Source: an uncultured Chloroflexia bacterium (GTDB lineage: Bacteria; Chloroflexota; Anaerolineae; Anaerolineales; E44-bin32). From it: 64,000 nucleotides of DNA. A program made the position numbers and the translations under genes. Location of the stretch: the NCBI GenBank assembly GCA_963710255.1, contig CAVPZJ010000006.1:648826-712825 (forward strand), in the 5' to 3' direction. Below the pieces are notes generated by a model that searched no databases, had not been told where the DNA came from, and saw only the letters and a program-made list of their open reading frames with translations. Shown in pieces: positions 36,518 to 46,840 of this stretch (position 1 is its first letter; the number at the start of each line of letters is the position of its first letter).

Positions 36518-36724
36518 CTATGGATCTGAACAATCACGCAGGAATCCGCAAACCCGGCAGACAATCTTGCAGTGAAGATAATCGGTTAGACCACCACACA
36601 CCCAGCAGTGATGGTCGGCCTCACTTGTGCCCGCCGGCCACCCCAGCCTGCGCTGCGGGACCTGGTCCAGGGTTTCCCCACGTTGATCTCCGTAGTCACG
36701 CTGGAAGTCGTCCATGGGCCTCAT
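36518..36724 (-). CDS. candidate small Cys-rich (zinc-ribbon-like) protein
   Basis: ..HHCWVCGGLTDYLHCKIVCRVCGFLRDCSDP has CxxC-x7-HC-x3-CxxC. It lies between malQ and the phosphoesterase on the same strand and overlaps the malQ 3' end by 29 nt. No family recognised. Confidence 0.35.
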   Translation of the reverse strand: MRPMDDFQRDYGDQRGETLDQVPQRRLGWPAGTSEADHHCWVCGGLTDYLHCKIVCRVCGFLRDCSDP

Positions 36725-38243
36725 TTAGTGCTCGAACATCATCGGCCAGACTGGTGGTCAGGGCAGCTGGATCCATGCGCCAGCGCCAGTTACCAGTGGC
36801 CCTCCCGGGATAGTTCATACGCGCCTCGCCTCCCAGATCGAGGAAATCCTGCATCGGGGCGATCGCCCAGCCCGCCCGGGAGCCCCAGATCGCCCGCAGC
36901 ATGGCCCACACAACGCCCTCGCTGGTACAGGCCAGGTAATCCAGCGCAAAGCTCTGCACCTCTTTGTTGGCATCCGCGAACCAGCCGCGGCTGGTGTCGT
37001 TGTCGTGTGTCCCGGTATAGGCCGCGCAATTCTCAGGATATCGATGCGGGAGATCCGGGCTGAATTCGCCCCCCTCGAGCCCGAACTGGAGCACCTTCAT
37101 TCCAGGCAGCCCGTAGCGCTCCCGCAGCTCGTCGACCGCTGGCGTGATGATCCCCAGGTCTTCAGCAAGGATCGGAAGATTGCCGCTCTCGGCTTTAAGC
37201 GCATCGAGCAGGTCAGATCCCGGCCCAGGCATCCACTTCCCCTCCACCGCGGTGTCGGATTCTCCGGGGATCTCCCAGTAGGATTCGAACCCGCGAAAGT
37301 GATCCAGCCGGACGACGTTCACCAGCTTCAAGATGGCGTTTAGCCGTGATTTCCACCAGGCGTAACCACCCTCCCGCATATGATCCCAGGCGTACAACGG
37401 GTTGCCCCAACGCTGGCCGCTCGCGGAAAAATAATCCGGGGGGACGCCTGCGACGACCGCCGGGAGACCGTCGCTATCAAGCAGGAAGAGGTCCGGCCTA
37501 GCCCAGACGTCGGCCGAGTCATGCGCGACGAAGATCGGCATGTCGCCGACCAGCGTGATGCCCTTCTGGCGGGCAACCTGCCGCAGGCGATTCCACTGAT
37601 GGAAGAAGATGTACTGGAGCGCTTTCGTGCGGCGTATCTGGAGCGAAAAATCCACCCGCAGCGTTTCAAGTGCGGCAGGATCACGTCGGGCGTATGCCAC
37701 TGGCCAGGATGTCCAGGGTGCTCCCTGCTGCTGGCCTTTGATTGCCACAAAGATTGCGTAGTCATCCAGCCAGGCCGCCTCTGCCAGGCAGAACTGCTGG
37801 AAGTCCTGCCCTCGCCCTGCAAGCGAGTCGGTCAGAAAGCGGTCGGCAGCCCGTTCGAGCAGCATGGACTTCCAGGGTATGAGCTCCCCGAAGTCGACCT
37901 GCGTTCCCCAGTCGGGCATGGGGTCCATCTCGCTCCGCTCGATCCAACCAGACTGGATCAGGTCGTCCATGCTGATGAGCAGCGGGTTCCCGGCGAAGGC
38001 TGACAGGCACTGGTAGGGCGAATCCCCGTAGCCGGTCGGACCGAGTGGGAGCATTTGCCACAGACCGATGCCCGCAGCCTCGAGCCAATCGAGCCAGTCC
38101 CTGGCCGCACGGCCGATGTCGCCGCAGCCAAAGGGTCCTGGAAGTGAGGTCGGGTGAAGCAGGATGCCGCCGGCGCGTTGCGCGATCACGGAGGCTGATG
38201 TCTCAGCTGCCAACTGAACCGCCTGCCTGCCGGTACAGCTCAA
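36696..38243 (-). CDS. malQ: 4-alpha-glucanotransferase (amylomaltase, GH77)
   Basis: GILLHPTSLPGPFGCGDIG, ..WGNPLYAW.., ..VRLDHFRGF.., ..LPILAEDLG.., ..YTGTHDNDT... Confidence 0.92.
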   Translation of the reverse strand: MSCTGRQAVQLAAETSASVIAQRAGGILLHPTSLPGPFGCGDIGRAARDWLDWLEAAGIGLWQMLPLGPTGYGDSPYQCLSAFAGNPLLISMDDLIQSGWIERSEMDPMPDWGTQVDFGELIPWKSMLLERAADRFLTDSLAGRGQDFQQFCLAEAAWLDDYAIFVAIKGQQQGAPWTSWPVAYARRDPAALETLRVDFSLQIRRTKALQYIFFHQWNRLRQVARQKGITLVGDMPIFVAHDSADVWARPDLFLLDSDGLPAVVAGVPPDYFSASGQRWGNPLYAWDHMREGGYAWWKSRLNAILKLVNVVRLDHFRGFESYWEIPGESDTAVEGKWMPGPGSDLLDALKAESGNLPILAEDLGIITPAVDELRERYGLPGMKVLQFGLEGGEFSPDLPHRYPENCAAYTGTHDNDTSRGWFADANKEVQSFALDYLACTSEGVVWAMLRAIWGSRAGWAIAPMQDFLDLGGEARMNYPGRATGNWRWRMDPAALTTSLADDVRALNEAHGRLPA

Positions 38244-39633
38244 GGTATGCCTGGGCAGATTTACGCCAGGCGTGGTCGCGGCCCATCGCCCTCACCTGGG
38301 TTTTCTGCCAAACATTTTTCTCTGGGAACCGCTGCAGCGCCCGGCGGAGGCAATCGGCGAGCACACCAGGGTCTTCCTCCTCGAAAACAAACCCCACCCC
38401 GTCCGGCGTGAGATCGATGTCCTGGACCGTATCACGCAAGCCCCCAGTCGACCGGACCAGCGGCAATGCCCCATAGCGCATGCCGATCATCTGCGCCAGC
38501 CCGCAGGGTTCGTAGCACGAGGGGATTAGGAGCAGGTCACACCCCGCATAGATCCGGCGTGAAAGACCAGGATCGAATTTCGCGACGAACCGCACCTGCT
38601 CTGCATGCCGGCTGGCGAACCCCGCGCACATCTGCTCAATTGCCGGGTCCCCTGTCCCGAGCAAGATGAACTGCCATGGCTGATCGGGAAGGCGCTCGAG
38701 TGCCTCGACCGCCAGGTCCACACCTTTCTGGAAATCAAGCCGGGTCACCATGCCGAGCAGCGGGACCTCCGGCATGGCGGGCAAGCCGAATTCTTCTCGA
38801 AGTCGGGCGGTGTTCTCGATCCGTTTCCCGAGTGATGCGGCATCAAAGCGGTTGGGGATGGCTGCATCTCCCCCCGGATCCCAGATCTCGGTGTCGATCC
38901 CGTTCAAAATCCCGGTCAATCGGTCCTTTCGGGCTGAGAGCAGCTGCTCTAGCCCGGCACCGAAGCGTGCGGTCTGGATTTCCAACGCGTAGGTGGGGCT
39001 CACGGTCGATAACCAGTCGGCATCCGCGATGCCCACGGCCAGCGGCAGCCGGCTTGCCCATTCTGGCAGCGCAGGGTGGTCACCCGGAGGCAGCCCGAAG
39101 GCATCCAAAACGGGTTCGCTCCCACTGCCCTGGTAGGGCAGATTATGGATGGTCAAAAGCGAGGCGGCATCTTTCCAGACGGTATCATCCGGCCGAAGCT
39201 GCTTGAGCCTTGAAACCGCCGGCGCGGCATGCCAATCGTGGGCATGAAGGAGGTCAGGGATCCAGCCGGTGGTCTCGCATGCCTGGAGCGCTGCCAGGGA
39301 AAAAAAGACAAACTTTGCAGCATCCAGGGTTGGTTCGCCATATACACCGGGGGCTGAGCGGACGGGCTCGCCGTCGATCAACCAAAATTGGATCCCCGCA
39401 TGCAGCAGTTCGAAGACCTCTGCCCTGACCGGTCCGCCTCGGTGGGCGACATCGAACGCTGGCAGTGGAGACAAGTCCAACCCAGCACGATCTATGGTTG
39501 AGTGGAGCGGGATCGCGACCCGCACCTCCACACCTTCGCTGGCGAGGGCACGTGGCAGCTCCCCCATGACGTCCGCGAGCCCGCCAACCTTGGCGAGCGG
39601 GGTCGCTTCCGCCGCCAGCAGAAGCGCCCTCAT
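38203..39633 (-). CDS. glgA: glycogen synthase (GT5)
   Basis: AAEATPLAKVGGLADVMGELPRAL has the KxGGL motif. There is an ATGA start/stop overlap with the GH57 gene. Confidence 0.92.
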   Translation of the reverse strand: MRALLLAAEATPLAKVGGLADVMGELPRALASEGVEVRVAIPLHSTIDRAGLDLSPLPAFDVAHRGGPVRAEVFELLHAGIQFWLIDGEPVRSAPGVYGEPTLDAAKFVFFSLAALQACETTGWIPDLLHAHDWHAAPAVSRLKQLRPDDTVWKDAASLLTIHNLPYQGSGSEPVLDAFGLPPGDHPALPEWASRLPLAVGIADADWLSTVSPTYALEIQTARFGAGLEQLLSARKDRLTGILNGIDTEIWDPGGDAAIPNRFDAASLGKRIENTARLREEFGLPAMPEVPLLGMVTRLDFQKGVDLAVEALERLPDQPWQFILLGTGDPAIEQMCAGFASRHAEQVRFVAKFDPGLSRRIYAGCDLLLIPSCYEPCGLAQMIGMRYGALPLVRSTGGLRDTVQDIDLTPDGVGFVFEEEDPGVLADCLRRALQRFPEKNVWQKTQVRAMGRDHAWRKSAQAYLELYRQAGGSVGS

Positions 39634-41285
39634 GCCGTGAACCATTCCGACTCGAGATCGGGGAAGATTTTATCCTTCTCCCACATCAGGTCGACCGTCG
39701 CCAGGAATCCTTCGCCCTTGTCCACGCCGTCAAGCAGTGTGTCAAACCGTTCTACATGGGTCCGGAAGCGTTCGGCAGCGTACTCGCGAGCCTGGCCTGT
39801 GGTCACGAGGAAGGGCCAGTCTGAGGATTGAAGCAGGAGCAGTTCGCGTGCCGCCTGGTTCAAGATGCTCCGCTGCCAGGACGCCCAGGCTGGGTTCGAA
39901 ACCAGCACGGCATGGAAGCGGTCTTCGGCGGCATGGATGATTGGCCACATCCAGGCTGTGTCCTCGTTATCCCAGACGAAGTGATTGCCCCCAGCGCCCC
40001 ACGAGCCCTCGGGAAGGTTCAAAGCATCCTGAGGGGGATGATGGTCCAGGTAACCGATCGCAGTATCGAGCTCGACTTCGGGCGTCGCGGCAAGCTTCCT
40101 GAGCACAGCTTCCAGCCAGGCAACCCCCTCGAACCACCAATGTCCGAACAGTTCGGTATCGAAGTTGGCCGAGATCAGCCCCGACTTACCAGCTTCCTTA
40201 GCATAGGTGCCGAGTTCGCTCCGCACCAGATGGGCAAAATGGTTTGCGTGCCTCTCCACCTTCGCAGCCGCCCATTCAGGGTTGTAAGGCATCTTCTGGT
40301 CGAGCCCGACGCCTGCGCCGGTAACTCTCCAATACTGCATTCCCGAGACACTATCCTTCTTATGGAATTCCCGGTAATCAAAATCGCCTGGGTACCCCCA
40401 ATCCGCGCTCCAAACCTGCAGCCCGGTTTTGTTGTTTCGGCCAATCACTGCCACCGAGGAGTCCCCGACCAGGTAGGCGTGGAAGGTGGTCGCGGGCTTC
40501 AAGGGTTCAGCGTCACTGAATGGCACCAGGTAGCGCCGCAACACCTCGCCATAGGGTCCGGAGACCTCACCGGCGGCCACCCCGACGGGTTTACCCCCTT
40601 CAATCATGTGAGTCTCGGCGAAGAACAGTTCGATCCCATGGGCTTGCAGGAAGTTTTCCAGCCCGAGCCGGACGCGGCCGTCCTCACGAACATATGCCGG
40701 CCGATACGCGCATTCTGGCAGCCAGATCGCCCGTGGTTTGCGACCGAAATGGCGCTTGTATGCATGGACAGCTGTTGACAGCTGCAGATTAATCAATTCA
40801 TCCCGGTTAAGGAGAGGCAGATACGCATGGGTGGCGGCGCAGGTGATAATTTCAAGATGACCCTCATCTTGCAGGGCTCTGAAAGCCGAGACAAGATTTC
40901 CGCTGTAGGTGCTCTCAAACTGCTTGCAAGTGTGTTCGTAGAAGTCCACATAAAAACGGGCCAGGTTGGCGAAGGTTTCGGAGGGTTCTTGCTCGAAGCG
41001 CAGCACGTCCTGCCGCGCCGCTTCGATCCGGTCATGCAGGTACGTGCTGAAATTTGCCTGGATATCGGCGTCGGCGAGCTGTTCTAACAAGATCGGCGTC
41101 AGGGAAAGTGTAAGTTTGAAAGGGACTCGCTCGGCTTGCATCCGGTAGAGGGCATCAAGCAGCGGCACATAGGTCTCAGCCGCCGCTTCATGCAGCCATT
41201 CCTCCCCGTGTGGCCAGCGACCTGCCTGGCGGGCGTAAGGTAGGTGGGAATGGAGGACGAAGGTGAAGGTGCCTTGTGGGTTCAT
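39630..41285 (-). CDS. GH57-family 1,4-alpha-glucan branching enzyme
   Basis: FTFVLHSHLPYARQAGRWPHGEEWLHEAAAETYVPLL and ..LPECAYRP.. are as in the Thermus/Thermococcus GH57 branching enzymes. Confidence 0.85.
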   Translation of the reverse strand: MNPQGTFTFVLHSHLPYARQAGRWPHGEEWLHEAAAETYVPLLDALYRMQAERVPFKLTLSLTPILLEQLADADIQANFSTYLHDRIEAARQDVLRFEQEPSETFANLARFYVDFYEHTCKQFESTYSGNLVSAFRALQDEGHLEIITCAATHAYLPLLNRDELINLQLSTAVHAYKRHFGRKPRAIWLPECAYRPAYVREDGRVRLGLENFLQAHGIELFFAETHMIEGGKPVGVAAGEVSGPYGEVLRRYLVPFSDAEPLKPATTFHAYLVGDSSVAVIGRNNKTGLQVWSADWGYPGDFDYREFHKKDSVSGMQYWRVTGAGVGLDQKMPYNPEWAAAKVERHANHFAHLVRSELGTYAKEAGKSGLISANFDTELFGHWWFEGVAWLEAVLRKLAATPEVELDTAIGYLDHHPPQDALNLPEGSWGAGGNHFVWDNEDTAWMWPIIHAAEDRFHAVLVSNPAWASWQRSILNQAARELLLLQSSDWPFLVTTGQAREYAAERFRTHVERFDTLLDGVDKGEGFLATVDLMWEKDKIFPDLESEWFTA

Positions 41286-41368
41286 GCGCGCCTCGAAGAT
41301 TCGGTCTAGACCATGCGGTTACCCATTGTAGCAGAGTGCCCGGAAACAACGTTGGCGACGCAGTAACA

Positions 41369-41396
41369 ATACGGGCTGCGTACTTGCAGCCCGTAT
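41369..41396 (-). terminator. hairpin terminator after etfA
   Basis: 11-bp stem ATACGGGCTGC/GCAGCCCGTAT with a 6-nt loop. The minus strand then reads TGTTACT. Confidence 0.5.
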
Positions 41397-41420
41397 CTTC
41401 CAGCAAGCGTCCGGGGGTGC

Positions 41421-42458
41421 TTATCCCCCAATTCGTTCCTTCAAAGCCTGGTTCAGCGCTGGGACAATCTTGTGCATGTCGCCGACGACACCGAAGCGGG
41501 CCAGCTTAAAGATGGGCGCATCTGGGTCCTTGTTGATAGCGACAATCGTCTTGGCAGTTCGCATGCCGGCGAGATGCTGAATCGCGCCAGAAATGCCGCA
41601 GGCGATGTACAAATCCGGGGAGACGACCTTGCCCGTCTGCCCAACCTGGAAAGCGTAGGGGATGTACCCGGCGTCCACGGCAGCCCGGCTTGCACCCACT
41701 GCGCCGCCTAGTGTTCGGGCAAGCTCCTCGATCATCTCGAAACCCTTGCGGGCCCGCCAGATTTCCTGTTCTTTCTCATCCGTGATCTCAGCCGGCACAG
41801 TGAGACCAGGGTTATTCGAGACGCCGCGCCCACCGGAAACGATCACAGCCGCATCGGTGAGGCTGACGCCGCCTTCCAATTCTGTGTAGCCCAGCACTTC
41901 CGATTGTGCCGGCTTGAGCTCTACCTCCACGGAGGTGACCTCACCCGAGCGTGCGGGATCCGGTTCAGGCTTGGGGAACGCGCGGCTTCGAAGCGTCAAG
42001 ATGAGCGGGCGGCCACCGGCTGCCACAATCCTGGTGAGCAGTTTGCCGGCGTAGATCGGCCGGGTGGCCTGTACGCTCCCGTCCTTGACCTCGAGCGCGA
42101 TCACATCCGGCGCGACGCCAGCCTCTAAATCGACCGCGATCATCGCCGCTAACTCACGGGTGCGGCCGGAGGTGGGCATGATAATCAACCCGGTTCCGGA
42201 GGCGACGCTGGATAACGCATCGGCAAACGGCTCCGCCCGGAACTCTTCCAGGGCGGCATGCTCGACAACCTTGGCGCTGTCAGCGCCGTGTTCGATTGCC
42301 GACTTGGCTAGTCTCTCAGCTTGTTGCCCAAGCACCACTGCCACGACCGATTGGCCTAGTTGATCGGCGATCGTTCGTGCTGCCCCCACAGCCTCCCAGG
42401 AGGCGGGAAGCGCTTCACCCTTGAAGTGATCAATGTAGACAAGAATTTGATCAGCCAT
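41421..42458 (-). CDS. etfA: electron transfer flavoprotein subunit alpha
   Basis: ..VVSGGRG.. and ..QVGQTGKVVSPDLYIACGISGAIQHLAGM... Confidence 0.92.
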   Translation of the reverse strand: MADQILVYIDHFKGEALPASWEAVGAARTIADQLGQSVVAVVLGQQAERLAKSAIEHGADSAKVVEHAALEEFRAEPFADALSSVASGTGLIIMPTSGRTRELAAMIAVDLEAGVAPDVIALEVKDGSVQATRPIYAGKLLTRIVAAGGRPLILTLRSRAFPKPEPDPARSGEVTSVEVELKPAQSEVLGYTELEGGVSLTDAAVIVSGGRGVSNNPGLTVPAEITDEKEQEIWRARKGFEMIEELARTLGGAVGASRAAVDAGYIPYAFQVGQTGKVVSPDLYIACGISGAIQHLAGMRTAKTIVAINKDPDAPIFKLARFGVVGDMHKIVPALNQALKERIGG

Positions 42459-43240
42459 CAGATTACCTTCTCTTCCACGAGCCGGTCTGCCAACTTGGCC
42501 GCCTTCGCTTCCGGCGTATCCCCTTCAATCATCTCGACCTCGCTATCCACCTTGGGTGGCGCAAAGATTTCAGGCCAGGCCAGCGCGGGCTCAGGGGCTT
42601 CGTCGAGGCCGAGGTCTGTGCTCGCCCATTGGGGTATCTCTGCCTTCGAAGCTTTCCGAATGCCCATGAATGAAGGATAGCGCGGCTCGTTGATCTCCTT
42701 TACGACGCTGATCACGGCCGGGTACGTGGCTGACACCTGCTGCCGGCCTTCATCCAGCATCCGCTCAACGGTGATTTTCTTCTCCCCCTCCCCCAACTCG
42801 TCTATCTTCGCCACCAGGCTCAACGCCGGCCAACCGAGCCGGCGTGCAACCTGCGAGCCGGTGACGCCGGTATCACTGTCCACCGATGCCCGGCCGAAGA
42901 ACACCAGGTCCACATCCCCGATCTTCTTGATCCCCTCTGCCAGGACTTTCGAGACCCCCAGCGAATCGAGCCCGGCGAAGCCCGGGTCGCTGATGAGCAC
43001 TGCCTCATCACAGCCCATGGCCAGGGCGTGTTTCAGAGCTTCCCTGGCGTCCTCCGGCCCAAGGCTGAGCGCGGTGACCGTTCCGCCCTGTGCTTCCTTG
43101 ATCTTCAGGGCTTCTTCGACCGCATACTCATCCCAGGGATTGATGACGAGCGGCAATTCACCCCAGGATACTTTTCCATCCTGCACGGTGACGGTTGCAG
43201 CTGTGTCTGGCGTCTGCTTGACGCATACAACGATTTTCAA
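42458..43240 (-). CDS. etfB: electron transfer flavoprotein subunit beta
   Basis: KIVVCVKQTPDTAA... The TTG start at 43238-43240 is preceded by AAGGAGG. The ORF-track extension to 43384 lacks support. Confidence 0.9.
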   Translation of the reverse strand: MKIVVCVKQTPDTAATVTVQDGKVSWGELPLVINPWDEYAVEEALKIKEAQGGTVTALSLGPEDAREALKHALAMGCDEAVLISDPGFAGLDSLGVSKVLAEGIKKIGDVDLVFFGRASVDSDTGVTGSQVARRLGWPALSLVAKIDELGEGEKKITVERMLDEGRQQVSATYPAVISVVKEINEPRYPSFMGIRKASKAEIPQWASTDLGLDEAPEPALAWPEIFAPPKVDSEVEMIEGDTPEAKAAKLADRLVEEKVI

Positions 43241-43310
43241 AGCGGCCTCCTTTTTATGGGTTGGATGTTTGCGCACCTGTGAGGCTAATTCGTTGGCGTA
43301 TTGGTATTGG

Positions 43311-44525
43311 TTAGGCCTCCATCTGCCAGAAATCGGGGTCATAGGCGGGCATCTCGGCCCGCAGCGGACGATCTTGCCGTTCATCCAGGGTGTAGTCGGC
43401 CTGGATCAGGGTCTGGATTTCGTTGCTGCCTTCATAAATCATCGCCCCGCGGGCATTCCGCATGTAACGTTCGACGTCGTACTCATCGCTGAACCCGTAA
43501 GCGCCATGAATCTGGATGGCCTCGGAGGCGGCAGCGAAGGAGGCGTCGGTGGCAAAATGCTTTGCGATCGAGGTCTCCAGCGTATTGCGCTTCCCCTGGT
43601 TCTTCATCCACCCGGCTTTCAAGTACAGGAGCCGGGCAATCTCGTACTCGCGTCTCATGCGCGCGATCTTCTGCTTGATCAGCTGGTGATCGGCGATGCG
43701 CGTTCCAAAAGCCTCACGTTGGCGCGCGTACGCGACGCTCGCCTCCATGGCGGCGCGGATGAGCCCGGTGGCGCCAGCGGCGACCGTATAGCGGCCGCTG
43801 TCGAAAGCGGACATGGTGATCTTGAATCCCTCCCCTTCCTCGCCAACCCGGTTGCCTTCCGGGACTTCCACATCCTGGAAGGAGATCCAGCCGGTTGAGC
43901 CGGCGCGAACCCCCAGCTTGCCGTGGATATCACCGCGCGTGATGCCCTTCCGATCCAGTTCGACGATGAAGCTGGAGAGGCCGGCACTCGCCTTCTTGGC
44001 CTCCGGATTGGTCCTCACGGTGACCAGCGCCAGGTCTGCCTTGGATGCGAGCGAGATCCACATCTTCTCGCCGTTCAAGATGTAGGCGTTTCCCTTACGC
44101 TTCCCCACGGCCTGTATGTGGGAAAAATCAGAGCCAGCCCCGGGTTCGGAGAACGCACCGCACCCGAGCATCTCCCCCTTCGCCAACGGGACCAGGAATT
44201 GGGATTTCTGTTCTTCGGTGCCCCATTGCAGCAGGGTCATGCTGGCCAGGCCCGTGTGGACGGACATGACCACCCGCAGGGTCGTATCGACAGCCTCAAG
44301 CTCCTCACAGACCAGCCCTAGCGCAATGTAGTCCATGCCCTGGCCGCCAAAGCGGACCGGGATGCAGATGCCCAAGATGCCCAATTCTCCCATCCGAGGA
44401 AGCACATGCTTTTCCATTGCTTGCTTCCGGTCAGCCTCTTTAATGCCCGGGTAGACCTCCTTCTGGCCGAACTCGCGCACCATCTTGCTGACCATCTCGT
44501 GCTCTTCGGAAAGGCTGAAATCCAT
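43311..44525 (-). CDS. acyl-CoA dehydrogenase (short/medium-chain type)
   Basis: MDFSLSEEHEMV.., ..GAFSEPGAGSD.., ..IYEGSNEIQ... The ATG at 44525 is preceded by GGAGGA. Confidence 0.9.
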   Translation of the reverse strand: MDFSLSEEHEMVSKMVREFGQKEVYPGIKEADRKQAMEKHVLPRMGELGILGICIPVRFGGQGMDYIALGLVCEELEAVDTTLRVVMSVHTGLASMTLLQWGTEEQKSQFLVPLAKGEMLGCGAFSEPGAGSDFSHIQAVGKRKGNAYILNGEKMWISLASKADLALVTVRTNPEAKKASAGLSSFIVELDRKGITRGDIHGKLGVRAGSTGWISFQDVEVPEGNRVGEEGEGFKITMSAFDSGRYTVAAGATGLIRAAMEASVAYARQREAFGTRIADHQLIKQKIARMRREYEIARLLYLKAGWMKNQGKRNTLETSIAKHFATDASFAAASEAIQIHGAYGFSDEYDVERYMRNARGAMIYEGSNEIQTLIQADYTLDERQDRPLRAEMPAYDPDFWQMEA

Positions 44526-44660
44526 CCAACATCCTCCAGTGAAAGTTCCCACGATTATAGTGTTTCAGCTTGGGAGGGACAACCTGAAGCCGCAAATCAA
44601 CCACGCCCCTGCCTCGTGCGCCATGGTCGCCGCTGTGCCAAGGCAGCCTCGAAGCTATAA

Positions 44661-46090
44661 TTGCACCGAGGTGACAAGTTGGAACGATTGCTGCAGGTCC
44701 TGCAGAGGCGCTGGCTCGTGCTGGGAACGGTCCTGGTCTTCCTTATCCTTGCGGATCCCACACCTACGCAAAGGAAACTGGCTGATGCGGTTCGCGCAGC
44801 CAGGACCAGCGTCGCTGCCGGGAAGATAGAAGCTGGCCTGAACTACCTCGATGCTGCGCGCACGATCTACCCGGGATCGGATAGCATCCATCTGGCCGCT
44901 TCCAGCCTCGCACTGGCAGCGGGCGAACCGGGCCGGGCCAGGACTTCCCTCGCAAGCATGAGCGCCGTGGGGCGCAACGACCAGCCAGCCCGCTGCCTCG
45001 CGGCGCGCGCTGACTTGTTGGACATGACGCCCCCTTCCCTTGACTGGACTGACCTGCTCGCGCTTTGCCCGAGTCAAGCTTTGTGTTGAACGCGTATGCC
45101 TCGACGCTCGCGCGTGAGGGTTCGCTTGCGGCGCTCAACTCCATCGTCCAGGCGCTCAACGATGCCGGTCAGTCCGACGCTGGTTTGAACGCCCAGCTTG
45201 CTTACCGCCAGTCCCTGAGCAATCCAAACCTGGCAGCCCCCATGCTGCGTGACCTCGCCCAAGCGGGAGATGCGCTCGCATTTGACCTGCTGACAAGGCT
45301 CCAGGACACAAGCCCAGGAGATGGGCAGGCTTTCCTTTTGGCAAGGCTAGGTGAGGCATTTGCCCGCCATCAAGCCTGGGCTTTCGCGGCTGATGCCTTT
45401 GAAGCTGCCCTGGCGTTGGAAGAGGGCTATACCGAGGCGCTATCCTACCTTGGCCTGGCTTATGAGATGCTGGGCAGGGATGGCCGGCCAGAGCTTGAGC
45501 AAGCCGCGCAAACAGCGCCAGGTGCCGCACTCCCGCATGTCTTCCTCGCCCAGCATTGGATACGCGCAGGTGAGCTGGAGCGTGCATTGGCAGAACTCGA
45601 GATTGCCGCCCGGCTCGACCCTGAAAATCCCGCCATCGCCGCAGAACTGGGAAATGTCTATGCTCGCGCTGGCAAGCATGCGCTTGCCATCCAGGCTTTT
45701 CAGGCGGCTACGCGACTTGCACCGATGGATGCCGAATTCTGGAGGCTCTTTGCAGTCTATTCGATCACGTATGAAGTCCAGCTTGATGAGCTTGGCATTC
45801 CAGCGGCGCGGAATGCATTGAACCTCAAACCTGGATCTGCAGGTGCTGCTGCACTGCTTGGCTACGCGCACCTCTTGACGGGTGATCTGCTCCTGGCAGA
45901 ACGGCTGATCGTGCGTGCGGTGAATGCCTCGCCATACTCCGTTCTCAACCAATTTTCACTGGGGCTGCTGCTCATCCATCAAGGAAGAGCAGCAGCCGGC
46001 TTGGCTGCCATGAGGACAGCAGTAACGTTGAAGGCGAGTGATTCGATGGATGCGTTTGCGCTTCAAAGTGCACAGGGGATGCTCCGCTGA
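44661..46090 (+). pseudogene. membrane-anchored TPR-repeat protein in two frames (44661-45089 and 45065-46090); either a frameshift near 45062-45072 or two overlapping genes
   Basis: The first ORF has a TM segment WLVLGTVLVFLILA plus TPR-like helices. The second is all TPR repeats (..AEAFEAALALEEGYTEALSYLGLAY.., ..ALAELEIAARLDPENP..). The junction is in TTTGCCC. Confidence 0.6.
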
Positions 46091-46150
46091 TCACGCTCTG
46101 CAACACAACCGGTTCCAGGCCATGAGCTGCATTTCCAGCGCCATGCTAGA

Positions 46151-46816
46151 ATGCCATCCATGATTTCCAGCAAGCTAGCCGGTAAATCTTGGCTGTCGAG
46201 CCTGGTGTTGTGCTGTGCCCTGCTCCTCTCTAGCTGCTCAGCGCTGCAACCCCAGGTGCTACCCGGGGGCGTCTTGTTCCAGGATGATTTTTCGCGTCCG
46301 GTGAGTGGTTGGGATCGCTACCGGGACGAGATTTACGAAGCCGACTATGTGGATTCCACGTACCGGATTCGGGTCATCACGCCCCAGACCCTGGTCTGGT
46401 CGCTGCCAGGCGTGAACCTGGAGGACGTGCGCCTGACGGTAGAGGCCAGGGCAGTGGAAGGCACATCCGATAACCTGTTCGGCATCATCTGCCGCTACGT
46501 GAGCGCCGAAGACTACATTTTCTTCCTGGTCTCAAGCGATGGTTATGCAGGGATAGGAAGATATACCGCTGGGAGGAGAGACCTGCTCACGGATAAATCC
46601 TTGCTGCCGATCGATGCCCTCCACGAAGGCCATACGACAAACTTGCTCACGGCTACCTGCCAGGGGAACTCCTTATCCCTGGAGGTGAACGGACAGCTTG
46701 TAGCGCAGGCTGAAGTTGGTGGGAGCGAATCCGGCGATGTCGGCTTGCTGAGCGGGACGTATGATGTCGGAGACACCATCATCGAGTTCGACAATTTCTC
46801 AGCGACCAAACCGTGA
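46151..46816 (+). CDS. lipoprotein with a jelly-roll (LamG/DUF1080-like) domain
   Basis: Lipobox LLLSSC. FQDDFSRPVSGWD..DNLFGIICRY..YIFFLVSSDGY..LSLEVNGQL..GDVGLLS..IEFDNF. It resembles the C-terminal domain of the 15198-16469 product. Confidence 0.65.
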   Translation: MPSMISSKLAGKSWLSSLVLCCALLLSSCSALQPQVLPGGVLFQDDFSRPVSGWDRYRDEIYEADYVDSTYRIRVITPQTLVWSLPGVNLEDVRLTVEARAVEGTSDNLFGIICRYVSAEDYIFFLVSSDGYAGIGRYTAGRRDLLTDKSLLPIDALHEGHTTNLLTATCQGNSLSLEVNGQLVAQAEVGGSESGDVGLLSGTYDVGDTIIEFDNFSATKP

Positions 46817-46840
46817 ATAGAACAAAATCCTGGAGCACAC

